Origin: a bacterium
GTDB taxonomy: Bacteria > UBP15 > UBA6099 > JAJRTR01
Reading direction: 5' to 3'
Assembly (NCBI GenBank): GCA_024278215.1
Contig: JAJRTR010000055.1
Span: 1 to 33,076 of the forward strand
Length of the DNA: 33,076 bases
The position numbers were made by a program, and so were the translations under genes. The notes under the pieces are model-generated. The model ran no database searches and had not been told where the DNA came from. It saw only the letters and a program-made list of their open reading frames with translations. Every line of letters starts with the position of its first letter. The first letter of the stretch is position 1. Below are positions 1-7,926 of the stretch, piece by piece.

Positions 1-176
1 GCCAATTGCAAAATTCTGATTCTGCTGCGGTCGGCTGCTATTGTCCATAGCTGCGTTGTCGGCGCAAAATCGTCCTCGACGTACTCTGCAAGTACGCCTG
101 CGAGGATTTTACACCTCTGCCTTGCTCTGAACAATTTCGCTCGACCTCGCTACGAACATAATTTTGCAAGTGGCTC
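1..176 (+). mobile_element. Repeat family A copy 1: 178-bp MITE/ERIC-like fold-back element (first 2 bp outside the window)
   Basis: Near-identical to 5409-5586, 9517-9694 (reverse), 12422-12599 and 32380-32557; terminal inverted repeat (GA)GCCAATTGCAAAATT...AATTTTGCAAGTGGCTC. Confidence 0.9.
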
Positions 177-231
177 ATACGTATGAACTCGACACAGTTA
201 TCAAATGTCTATAACCGGCAACCAAAGCCTA

Positions 232-260
232 TTGACACGTTTTTTGCATTGATTTATCAT
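232..260 (+). promoter_or_regulatory. Sigma70-type promoter for the porin gene
   Basis: TTGACA (232-237), 17-bp spacer, TATCAT (255-260), 38 bp upstream of the ATG at 299. Confidence 0.7.
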
Positions 261-298
261 TAGGCTCTATGTGTCTCCATAAGCGGGGGTAACAGATT

Positions 299-1015
299 AT
301 GAAAAAGGGAATAATTATATTAGCCGTAATGCTGCTTGCATCCCAGGCGCTTTATGCAGAAGAACACAAAGTTGACATCACGACCGGAGTGACGTACCTG
401 TCGAGCTATATCTGGCGCGGTTTCGACATGTTGCCCGACAATGAAGATGCTATCGGTTCTGATGTGAAATTTACACTGGGCGACAGCGGACACAGTCTTC
501 AACTGTCGGCAATATACGGGCTTGACGACACGAGCGACATCGACGAATATGTTGCAACGTGGGATTACACGAAGCCGGTAAGTCCGACTGTAGATATAAC
601 TTATGGAGTCAACTATTACGGCTACCCCCAGAGTCGTGCAGACACGGTCGAGGCATATATGGGAGTCGCATGGCCGCCGGTTCTTCTTCACCCGGCATTG
701 AAAGTGTTTGCCGACTTCGGCGATGGAGAAGGTTACTATATCACTGCCGGAATCAGCCACACAGCGCCAGCCGGAAATCAGGACCTGAATTTCGCGGCAA
801 GTGTTGGGTACACCGATGGTTACCGTGATGTCGAACCTGGCGTAAGTGACATAAACTTCTCTGTTTCATCACCATTCGATGTCGGCACTGTGGTTGTTAC
901 GCCTTCAGTGAATTACACGGTTACTCCCGAAGACACTGTAAATACGGAAGACGGCGAGTTCTGGTTCGGAATTGCCGCGCGCACGGAAATCAGACACATA
1001 CCGGATAAAAAATAG
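299..1015 (+). CDS. Outer-membrane beta-barrel protein, TorF/Gcw_chp-like putative porin
   Basis: Signal peptide MKKGIIILAVMLLASQALYA; N-terminal SSYIWRG motif typical of this family; alternating aromatic/hydrophobic beta-strands. Confidence 0.7.
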   Translation: MKKGIIILAVMLLASQALYAEEHKVDITTGVTYLSSYIWRGFDMLPDNEDAIGSDVKFTLGDSGHSLQLSAIYGLDDTSDIDEYVATWDYTKPVSPTVDITYGVNYYGYPQSRADTVEAYMGVAWPPVLLHPALKVFADFGDGEGYYITAGISHTAPAGNQDLNFAASVGYTDGYRDVEPGVSDINFSVSSPFDVGTVVVTPSVNYTVTPEDTVNTEDGEFWFGIAARTEIRHIPDKK

Positions 1016-1041
1016 GCGGCACCTGCCGCCGCAGTTCTTTT
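1015..1041 (+). terminator. Possible weak intrinsic terminator after the porin gene
   Basis: GGCGGC-ACCT-GCCGCC hairpin at the stop codon, followed by an imperfect T-rich tail. Confidence 0.35.
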
Positions 1042-1194
1042 GAGCGATGCTTTTCAGGATCGCAAAATAAGACTTAATATCATTACCGGAATTATCTGAT
1101 AATCGGCGCAATTCTCTACGCCGATTAATAGACCGGAAGCACTTTTTGTGATAATATAAGCAACCACGTTAATAATAGGCGGCGGAGTGAAAAT

Positions 1195-2481
1195 ATGGAC
1201 ACAAAGCAGGTGAAGATAGCGCTGGTAGGAGCGGGGGGGATGTCTTTCGGCCCTGTGATGACTTACGACACGATGTGTGCGAAAAAGCTGAGGGGTTCGA
1301 CCCTCACGCTTGTGGATATCAACGAGAAGCGTCTGGAGATCGCGCATGCTGCGGCGGAACGGTTGAACGAAGCTATGGGGTCGCCGATGAACATCGAGGC
1401 GGAAAGCGACACTGAACGTGGTGTCGAAGATGCGGACTTTGTGCTGCTCTCGGTCGAAAACAACCGGTGGGACGGCTGGCGGCAGGACTACGAAATACCG
1501 CGAAAATACGGCTCTACGCAGGTGATGGGCGAAAACGGCGGCCCAGGCGGCATGTTCCATTCTCTGCGCAGCATCAAGCTCATTCTCGAAATATGCGCAC
1601 TTATCGAAAAGAACAGCCCGGACGCTTTCGTCGTGAACCTGACAAACCCGATGAGCCGCGTCACTCTCGCTGTCAACAGTGCAACAAAGCTGCGCAATGT
1701 CGGACTCTGCCACGAGTTCATGGGCGGCATGCTGCGGCTCTCTGTCATGCTGCTGCTGCCTATAAATAAAATTGCTGCAAAAGCATCCGGCATAAACCAT
1801 TTTACATGGTTTTATGAAATCAAACACGCCATCACGGGTGAAGACCTTTATCCGAAAGTCAGAGATCATTTTAAGAAATATTCATTTCTTCACAGCCCTG
1901 TCGTATCGCGCTGCATGGACGAATTCGGGCTGTTTGCCACCAGCAGCGACAGCCACATCGGCGAATATCTTCCCTTTGTAGGCGATATAAGTAAGCCTCT
2001 GTTTCCACACCATAAATTCTTCGAGAACGAGGGCAGGGTTCGCAAACAGCTTGTAGACTGGTATGGTCGCGGCGTTTTACCTCTGCCCGCAAAGCACCTT
2101 CCGAAATCCGGCGAGGAAGCAATACCGATATGCGAAGCGCTGGCAACAGGCGATCATGAATACTTTAATGCTGTAAATATACCCAACAAGGGCAACATTC
2201 CCAACCTGCCCGACGGCTCAATCGTCGAGGTGCCCGCAAATGCGGTGAACGGCGAACTTGTTGCTGAAACAACTCCACCCATACATGAGGATGTTGCCGA
2301 ATACATCAGGCCGCAGCTTGAAATACAGTCCCTGATCGTCGATTCCGTACTGAAAAACGACCCCGAACTTGCATTCGAAGCGCTCGTTATGGATCCGCTT
2401 TCGCCTCCCGACGAAGGCGACTGCCGGAATTTATTCGAGAAGATGATGAAGTTGCAGAAAGACTATCTGCCTTTCGACTAA
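1195..2481 (+). CDS. NAD+/Mn2+-dependent family 4 glycoside hydrolase (alpha-galactosidase/glucosidase-like)
   Basis: KIALVGAGG Rossmann start, GENGGPGG, NLTNPM, GLCH, GINHF, N-x-GNIPNLP-x3-IVEVP and final DPL motifs; GGAG RBS. Confidence 0.9.
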   Translation: MDTKQVKIALVGAGGMSFGPVMTYDTMCAKKLRGSTLTLVDINEKRLEIAHAAAERLNEAMGSPMNIEAESDTERGVEDADFVLLSVENNRWDGWRQDYEIPRKYGSTQVMGENGGPGGMFHSLRSIKLILEICALIEKNSPDAFVVNLTNPMSRVTLAVNSATKLRNVGLCHEFMGGMLRLSVMLLLPINKIAAKASGINHFTWFYEIKHAITGEDLYPKVRDHFKKYSFLHSPVVSRCMDEFGLFATSSDSHIGEYLPFVGDISKPLFPHHKFFENEGRVRKQLVDWYGRGVLPLPAKHLPKSGEEAIPICEALATGDHEYFNAVNIPNKGNIPNLPDGSIVEVPANAVNGELVAETTPPIHEDVAEYIRPQLEIQSLIVDSVLKNDPELAFEALVMDPLSPPDEGDCRNLFEKMMKLQKDYLPFD

Positions 2482-2573
2482 GATATACAATCGGGTCGTT
2501 ACGATATTGTTTTTCGCTCAAAGAGAACATTAAGATCACATGCCATTACAACACGGAAGATAAATAAAAAAGT

Positions 2574-2669
2574 GTAGGGCGGGGTCACCGTAGCCCGCCT
2601 CAACCTGCACTCACATAAATAGTTCTCGCAAAGAATATACGCAGGCGGGGTGCGGTGACCCCGCCCTTG
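2574..2669. repeat. Inverted pair of GTAG-family REP sequences (REPIN/BIME-like)
   Basis: GTAGGGCGGGGTCACCGTAGCCCGCC (2574-2599) and inverted GGCGGGGTGCGGTGACCCCGCCCTTG (2644-2669); each is an internal palindrome. Confidence 0.75.
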
Positions 2670-2932
2670 TTTACTGCGCCATCTCTTTCGGGCACAAGAC
2701 CCGAAAGCGAAATATAATATTTATTTATAGTATCATCGTCAAAAACAATATACAGAAATTTTGATGTTCATTTTCTAACAAGAATCTCGGGGCATTAACG
2801 GAATTTACTCTTTATTCACAATCGTATCCCCGGAAATTCGGATCTTTCTATAAAAATGCACAGGTTCAGCAATGTATCAAGGTCAATTGTATACTTTGCA
2901 ATGTGTAAAGTCTTTCACATACGGGGGAAAGA

Positions 2933-4666
2933 ATGAGAACTTTTGAAATGGCGGTTGAAAACATCAAGATCAAAGAACTCGAGCCCGGGATGAGGATGAT
3001 GGAAGTACTCAGATGCACTAAAAACCATTGCCCGAAACATGAGAAAAACAAGGAAATCATACCAGGCCAGACAGAAGGCAAAGAGCTATCCGAATATGAC
3101 ATACTGAGGATATGGCAGAATTGCGAGTGTCTGTACTCGAAAAACTTTCAGACCTTTGATACACAAAATGAATTGCTTGAGTTTATCCAGACAAAATGCA
3201 AATCGAAGATCGCGCACTTCACAGTAATCCTTATCCATCACAACACGAGAGAACTCCGCACAGAAACCGGAGAAACGTTGAAAAGGATTGCCGATCTTTT
3301 CGATGAGCGGCGCGGTATGCAGGTGAAGATTGCAGTAACAAGGGAATACACCTTTACGATACAGCGACCGACGGAAAAGAAAAGAGAATTCAAAACTTTT
3401 CTCAAAACAATGAAATCACAGGTTAAAGAGATTTACAACCAGGTGGAAAATGGAATCGTTTCGAATTCCGCTCCACTACCTCCCAAACTGGTAGCCGACA
3501 GCTTCGAGACAATAAAGGCTTCTCGCTCGATATTCGACAAGCTGGCAAACGACACGATGATGCGTGAACTCCAGAACGACTCGAGGGACTCATACTACGA
3601 GGGTATTCATAACCATATATATAATGTCGCGCTTACCTCCGCAAAAATTCTTAATTCGATGAAGTTCGGAAAAAAAGCACATCTCGAGCAAGTGTTCGCG
3701 GCATGTTTTTTTCTCGATGTGGGAATCCCTCTCGCCATCAGGACAAATCAGCCGCTGGAAAAACACCCACAGCTGGGCGCTAACTTCTACAACCTTTACC
3801 TCCAGAAGCTCCAGAAGATCAACAGGCAGAAATCCGAACAGTTGAACGCTTCCGGCGAGGCGACTGTTTCTGTTGACGAAAAGATACAGATGAACCTGAT
3901 GATGGGCAAAAACATTATTGATTACCACCATGAGAGATTGAATGGTACGGGCTACCCATACAAGTTCAAGGATCATCAGAGGACACAGGAATTCGACCGG
4001 ATGGTCGCGGTAGTCGACGAGTTCTACAAGTTGACGAGCAATTTCGATTACCATAAAAATCCTCCCGTCAAAAAGAGACCTCTTTCAAGATATGACGCGC
4101 TTCGAGTGCTTGAAAAACTCGCGGAAAAGAGAGTCTTCGATCCCAGGATGGTCGCGGTATTGAGAGCCAATGTCAGTCCGTTTCCGCTGTACTCCTTTGT
4201 CACACTGAATGGAATAGAAAAAGGCGTTGTAGTCGGCTTGAACCCGAACGCAATGGACAAGCCCAAAGTTTTTTCGCTCGATGAACGTAAAGAAATAAAT
4301 CTTGCGACTCCCGAATTCTCCGGCTACAAGATAGAACCGGATTCTTCGTATGTCCCGCGCTATAAGAAAACAGCAGTCGACATCAACGTAATGATAAAGA
4401 AGAAAAGGAACTCGATACAGATTTTTCTCGAAGACGGTTACGAGTGCCCCTGGTGCAAATCCGAACTGGGGGATAAGCTCCCTGAGAATATTTCTAATGA
4501 ATTTTCACTTGACGAATGTCTCGTAGAGCGAAAAGCGGTTCATGTCTGTTCGGAAGGCCATTTCTGTCTTGTATCGCTCGCGCCCCCGGAATCGTGCAAT
4601 ATGCTCACATGCAAACAGGGCGACAACTGCACTTCCGACTGGAATGTTTATGTGGAAGGTTTCTGA
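2933..4666 (+). CDS. HD-GYP-family protein with degenerate HD motif and Cys-rich N- and C-terminal segments
   Basis: IKELEPGM N-terminal motif, HHERLNGTGYP, VAVVDEF, FDP and FPLYSFVTLN..GVVV...KPKV C-terminal motif; LDVG stands where HDxG is expected. Confidence 0.8.
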   Translation: MRTFEMAVENIKIKELEPGMRMMEVLRCTKNHCPKHEKNKEIIPGQTEGKELSEYDILRIWQNCECLYSKNFQTFDTQNELLEFIQTKCKSKIAHFTVILIHHNTRELRTETGETLKRIADLFDERRGMQVKIAVTREYTFTIQRPTEKKREFKTFLKTMKSQVKEIYNQVENGIVSNSAPLPPKLVADSFETIKASRSIFDKLANDTMMRELQNDSRDSYYEGIHNHIYNVALTSAKILNSMKFGKKAHLEQVFAACFFLDVGIPLAIRTNQPLEKHPQLGANFYNLYLQKLQKINRQKSEQLNASGEATVSVDEKIQMNLMMGKNIIDYHHERLNGTGYPYKFKDHQRTQEFDRMVAVVDEFYKLTSNFDYHKNPPVKKRPLSRYDALRVLEKLAEKRVFDPRMVAVLRANVSPFPLYSFVTLNGIEKGVVVGLNPNAMDKPKVFSLDERKEINLATPEFSGYKIEPDSSYVPRYKKTAVDINVMIKKKRNSIQIFLEDGYECPWCKSELGDKLPENISNEFSLDECLVERKAVHVCSEGHFCLVSLAPPESCNMLTCKQGDNCTSDWNVYVEGF

Positions 4667-4708
4667 ATCGTTCGCCGCGCAGCAAGAACAGACCGATTTT
4701 AACTGCTC

Positions 4709-5377
4709 CTACGCAGAGAGTCTTGAATGAACGTCCGTCTTTTTCAGCTTGAAACAAATCTCGACAGGAACCCCTTGAATATCAGCGGTATCAAGTTGAG
4801 CGGTTTCCCCTCCTTCAGGCGAAAGCGTAGCGGTAAGTCCGTCTACAGAATAAAACTCGATGTATAGTTCCGGTCCCGTTTCAATACAGCTCATTGTTAT
4901 CTTTCCCGGTTCGATCTTTACCGTAGCGCAGCTTTCACCACGGCACTGGATAACTATCTCACCCATCTGTGCGGCATCACCGCCGCCCCCTGCATTCTCT
5001 TTCCATTTTATCTCGGGACAGCAATCGTCCGGGAAGTGCATTGTCTCCACCTCGACACCGTATTCCAGCAATGCCTTCATGATGACTTTCCATGCCAGCC
5101 GCATGTAGTGGCTGCTTGTGAGCCAACTGTGAATGAACTCGTCGGCGTGCTCGTCGATTCCGGGCATGTCGATATTCGGGTCTTCTTCAAAGCAATCGTC
5201 CGGCTGCATTTCATTTACAACCTCATCAATGAGGTTCTTTGCGTAATCGTAGCCGTTCATCAACTTCCGGCAGTCTTCGCATTCATCGATGTGGAACTGA
5301 AGTTCGCGTATCTCGACAGCATCAAGCCCGGCGGGGTCGGTCCAGTATCTCTCGATAAGTGTATCAACGTGCGTCAT
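4709..5377 (-). CDS. Zinc-finger (HxxxCxxC, zf-HC2/ZAS) anti-sigma-factor-like protein
   Basis: ELQFHIDECEDCRK motif near the N-terminus. Start reassigned to ATG 5377 (purine-rich RBS) because the upstream extension in the ORF track runs into repeat A copy 2. Confidence 0.65.
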   Translation of the reverse strand: MTHVDTLIERYWTDPAGLDAVEIRELQFHIDECEDCRKLMNGYDYAKNLIDEVVNEMQPDDCFEEDPNIDMPGIDEHADEFIHSWLTSSHYMRLAWKVIMKALLEYGVEVETMHFPDDCCPEIKWKENAGGGGDAAQMGEIVIQCRGESCATVKIEPGKITMSCIETGPELYIEFYSVDGLTATLSPEGGETAQLDTADIQGVPVEICFKLKKTDVHSRLSA

Positions 5378-5408
5378 CTTTTCTTCTTCCCTTGCTGTTT
5401 TGCTTCCT

Positions 5409-5586
5409 GAGCCAATTTCAAAATTATGATTCTGCTGCGGTCGGCTGCTATTGGCCATAGCTGCGTTGTCAGTGTAAAATCGTCCTCGACGTACTCTTCA
5501 AGTACGCCTGCGAGGATTTTATACCTCCGCCTTGCTCTGAATAATTTCGCTCGACCTCGCTACGAATATAATTTTGCAATTGGCTC
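5409..5586 (+). mobile_element. Repeat family A copy 2, flanked by a 4-bp direct repeat TCCT
   Basis: 178 bp with the same TIRs; TCCT at 5405-5408 and 5587-5590. Confidence 0.9.
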
Positions 5587-5822
5587 TCCTGCAAAATATA
5601 TTTCGAGCTACTTTCTTATTATTCCGGGTCATCATCCGCCTCGGAGCCCGGTTCCATAATGTCGGCGAAACAGCAATACACAGTTATTTGTTTATCAACT
5701 GATCTTGCGCGAATACAAATATTTTGTAATATTTTCGGGGGCATGACTGGAATGCGCTCTTTAATTACGGATGTCCCCATAAATTCTACTACTGTCACGT
5801 CAAGCTTGTAATGTCGCAACAA

Positions 5823-5849
5823 GGGCGGGGTACGGTGCCCTCGCTCTAC
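5823..5849 (-). repeat. Single GTAG-family REP
   Basis: Reverse complement GTAGAGCGAGGGCACCGTACCCCGCCC, similar to the REPs at 2574-2669. Confidence 0.65.
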
Positions 5850-6103
5850 ACTTTTATAGTTTTTACGTCCCCATCTTACATCTTTTCTTTGTTGACATGG
5901 CACTACCTTTTACAAAAACGCACAAATTCTGTATTAATGATAATATCAATGATGTACGTGGTTTTATTTCCTGACATTATAGAAACATACAAGCAGTTCA
6001 GCAGTATCATTATTTTCGTCGTAAAAACAGCGAATTTCGGGCATATCCAAAATATTTCTTGGGAAAAATGTTTTAAATGCTCAGAAATCAGGTATAATAA
6101 TAT

Positions 6104-6171
6104 CAAAGGGAATGGACCTTTTTCATAACCTCCTTGGAAAACTCCCTCGTTAAGAGGGAGTTTATTTTTTT
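6104..6171 (+). ncRNA. Candidate small regulatory RNA with anti-SD/anti-AUG seed
   Basis: TATAAT at 6093-6098; 5' hairpin AAAGG-GAATGGA-CCTTT; TTTTTCATAACCTCCTT (6119-6135); strong terminator; no plausible + strand CDS upstream. Confidence 0.45.
6139..6171 (+). terminator. Intrinsic terminator
   Basis: Perfect 10-bp stem AAACTCCCTC-GTTAA-GAGGGAGTTT followed by A and T7. Confidence 0.8.
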
Positions 6172-6238
6172 GCCTTCAATTTGTCTCACAAATAAATAAA
6201 ACGACTGAAACTACACGCGATGATTTGACGTCTTCTTC

Positions 6239-6481
6239 AGTATCTTATGCCTGAAATGCTACGAAGGATGGTAAAGAAATGCTGAAAAGAGATCGGTGTA
6301 AGCTGGAACTTCCAGTCTATACGTTCCGGGTATAGTCCCAGAACGATTATAAGTAGGATCGTCAAGTTCCTGGCGTTCCAAGATATACCTTGAAACTATG
6401 AAACTCTGTGTGCCGTACTCATACCGAATTTGTTTGGGCACGAAAATGCGACATTTTTTGTTCCGGCTGCGCCGGAACAGG
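6239..6481 (+). repeat. Repeat family B copy 1 (with ~50-nt internal hairpin insert)
   Basis: Shares AAAGAAATGCTGAAAAGAGATCGGTG...GAAACTCTGT.TGCCGT.CTCA.ACCG...GGGCACGAAAATG with 12069-12258 and 27412-27588 (reverse). Confidence 0.85.
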
Positions 6482-6604
6482 AAAGCTTTTTGCTCCCGGA
6501 GGATGTGGCTTCCTTGCGGTGGAAATTTTTGATCCGCATTGGTGAAATATCTGGGATAAGGTCATAATATTACATGTTCAAGAAAAACTCTGGAGAAACA
6601 ACTT

Positions 6605-7696
6605 ATGCCGAACAGATCGGAAGTGCAGCAAAAACGACAGCATAAACTAATCGGTCTGATGATAAAAAAATCGCTGTCGGCATTTCTCATAAGCAACCTG
6701 CACAATATCCGCTACCTGATAGACTTCGATTGTTCTTTCGGGATACTCCTGTGTTTCAAAAAGAAAATGTACTTTATCACAGACGCGCGATATACAATTG
6801 CCGCACGCGAGAATGCTGTCGGTGTCGAAGTAGTGGACATCGCAGGTCGCAAAACCGGCAAAGTGGTTGCGGACATTGTTAATGACCACAGAATAAAAAA
6901 GCTCGGATATGAACCCGCTGCTCTTACAGTCGAAGAATTCAGCGCATGCGAATCAACGGCGACAGATATAAGATGGATGCCGCAGCGTAGGCTTGTCGAG
7001 CAAATCAGAGTTGTAAAAGACAAAAGTGAAATAGAAGCCGTCAGAACTGCATGCCGCAAGACTGACCGAGCATTTAGAAGCCTGCTTGATAAAATCCGGC
7101 CCGGACAAACCGAGCGTCGCGTGCGGGCACTGCTCGAATCCGAACTCATCAGGCAGGGTATAGACCGGCTCGCATTCGACTCGATTGTCGGCAGCGGTCC
7201 CAACGGCGCTTTCGCTCACGCAAAACCATCTGAAAGAAAACTTCGAAAAGGTGAATTCGTCGTTATGGACTTCGGTGTTTGCGTCGACGGCTATCACTCC
7301 GATATGACGCGAACTATCTTTCTCGGCAAACCAACAACTGAAGACCGACGCCGCTACAATGCCGTTCTCGACGCGCAAAAACAGTCGTTTGATGCTGTGG
7401 TGGATGGTATAGACGGCTCCGAACCCGATGCCGTCGCACGCGATGTTCTGGATAGCTGCAACCTTGGAGAATATTTCGTGCACGGACTGGGTCATGGTGT
7501 GGGGCTCGATGTGCACGAAGAACCGCGCCTCGCGCCAAAATCGAAATCCGTTATAAAAACCGGCATGGTCTATACAATCGAACCTGGCATATATATTGAA
7601 GGGTGGGGCGGCATACGAATAGAAGATACCGTCGCACTCACCTCCGGCGGCCCCGTCGCGCTCACAAAAACCGGAAAGTCACTGATAATGTTGTAA
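6605..7696 (+). CDS. Xaa-Pro aminopeptidase/dipeptidase (M24B, PepQ/YpdF-like)
   Basis: TDARY, DFG, SDMTRT, HGLGHGVGLDVHEEP, TIEPGIY and GIRIED; all metal ligands present. Confidence 0.92.
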   Translation: MPNRSEVQQKRQHKLIGLMIKKSLSAFLISNLHNIRYLIDFDCSFGILLCFKKKMYFITDARYTIAARENAVGVEVVDIAGRKTGKVVADIVNDHRIKKLGYEPAALTVEEFSACESTATDIRWMPQRRLVEQIRVVKDKSEIEAVRTACRKTDRAFRSLLDKIRPGQTERRVRALLESELIRQGIDRLAFDSIVGSGPNGAFAHAKPSERKLRKGEFVVMDFGVCVDGYHSDMTRTIFLGKPTTEDRRRYNAVLDAQKQSFDAVVDGIDGSEPDAVARDVLDSCNLGEYFVHGLGHGVGLDVHEEPRLAPKSKSVIKTGMVYTIEPGIYIEGWGGIRIEDTVALTSGGPVALTKTGKSLIML

Positions 7697-7744
7697 GCTG
7701 ATTACTGCTCCCTGTTTTCATTAGTAAAAGCACAACCGGAAACC

Positions 7745-7926
7745 TACCCCGGATTCTCGTAAAGAAATCCGGAAAATCGAGATAACGCCTATTCTACTGC
7801 GTTGCGGCGGCGATTCGGGATCGGTCACAAACTGACAGTATGCCCCCTCACCACTCACTTGCCGCGCCTTGTATCACAAGGCATTCTCACGATTTTTAGA
7901 CCTGCATTGGTGAAATATGCGGGCTA
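7745..7926. mobile_element. ERIC/MITE-like fold-back element C between convergent genes
   Basis: Imperfect TIRs TACCCCGGATTCTC.../...TGAAATATGCGGGCTA; internal TGCGTTGCGGC...GCCGCGCCTTG architecture like family A; its terminus contains the TAG stop of the xylF-like gene. Confidence 0.6.

Noticed and set aside
1054-1869. Long antisense or alternate-frame ORFs over real genes (e.g. 1054-1869, 10145-10753, 25168-25812)
   Set aside because: Shadow ORFs of well-supported genes on the opposite strand.
5378-5458. N-terminal extension MANSSRPQQNHNFEIGS of the 4709-5458 ORF
   Set aside because: Derived from repeat A copy 2; removing the element gives an in-frame stop shortly upstream, so this is not an interrupted longer gene.
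5426-5659. ORFs sharing LALNNFARPRYE.N.AIGS (also 9087-9599 and 12463-12672) that look like a protein family
   Set aside because: They are translations of repeat family A; no RBS or independent coding evidence.
5619-6128. ORFs 5619-5903, 5811-6128 and 5903-6106
   Set aside because: AT-rich, mutually overlapping, two cross a REP, no recognisable motifs; treated as intergenic.
6105-6140. Fluoride or other known riboswitch
   Set aside because: GGGAATGG resembles only the first few bases; the pseudoknot and downstream consensus are missing and no gene follows directly.
6259-6441. Small ORFs over repeat B (6259-6441, 12075-12350, 27220-27513)
   Set aside because: Different frames and strands of the same non-coding repeat; no conserved protein.
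6280-6460. Hammerhead-ribozyme-like words (CTGA...GAAA) in repeat B
   Set aside because: The core reads CTGAAAA rather than CUGANGA, and I could not assemble the three stems with a cleavage triplet.
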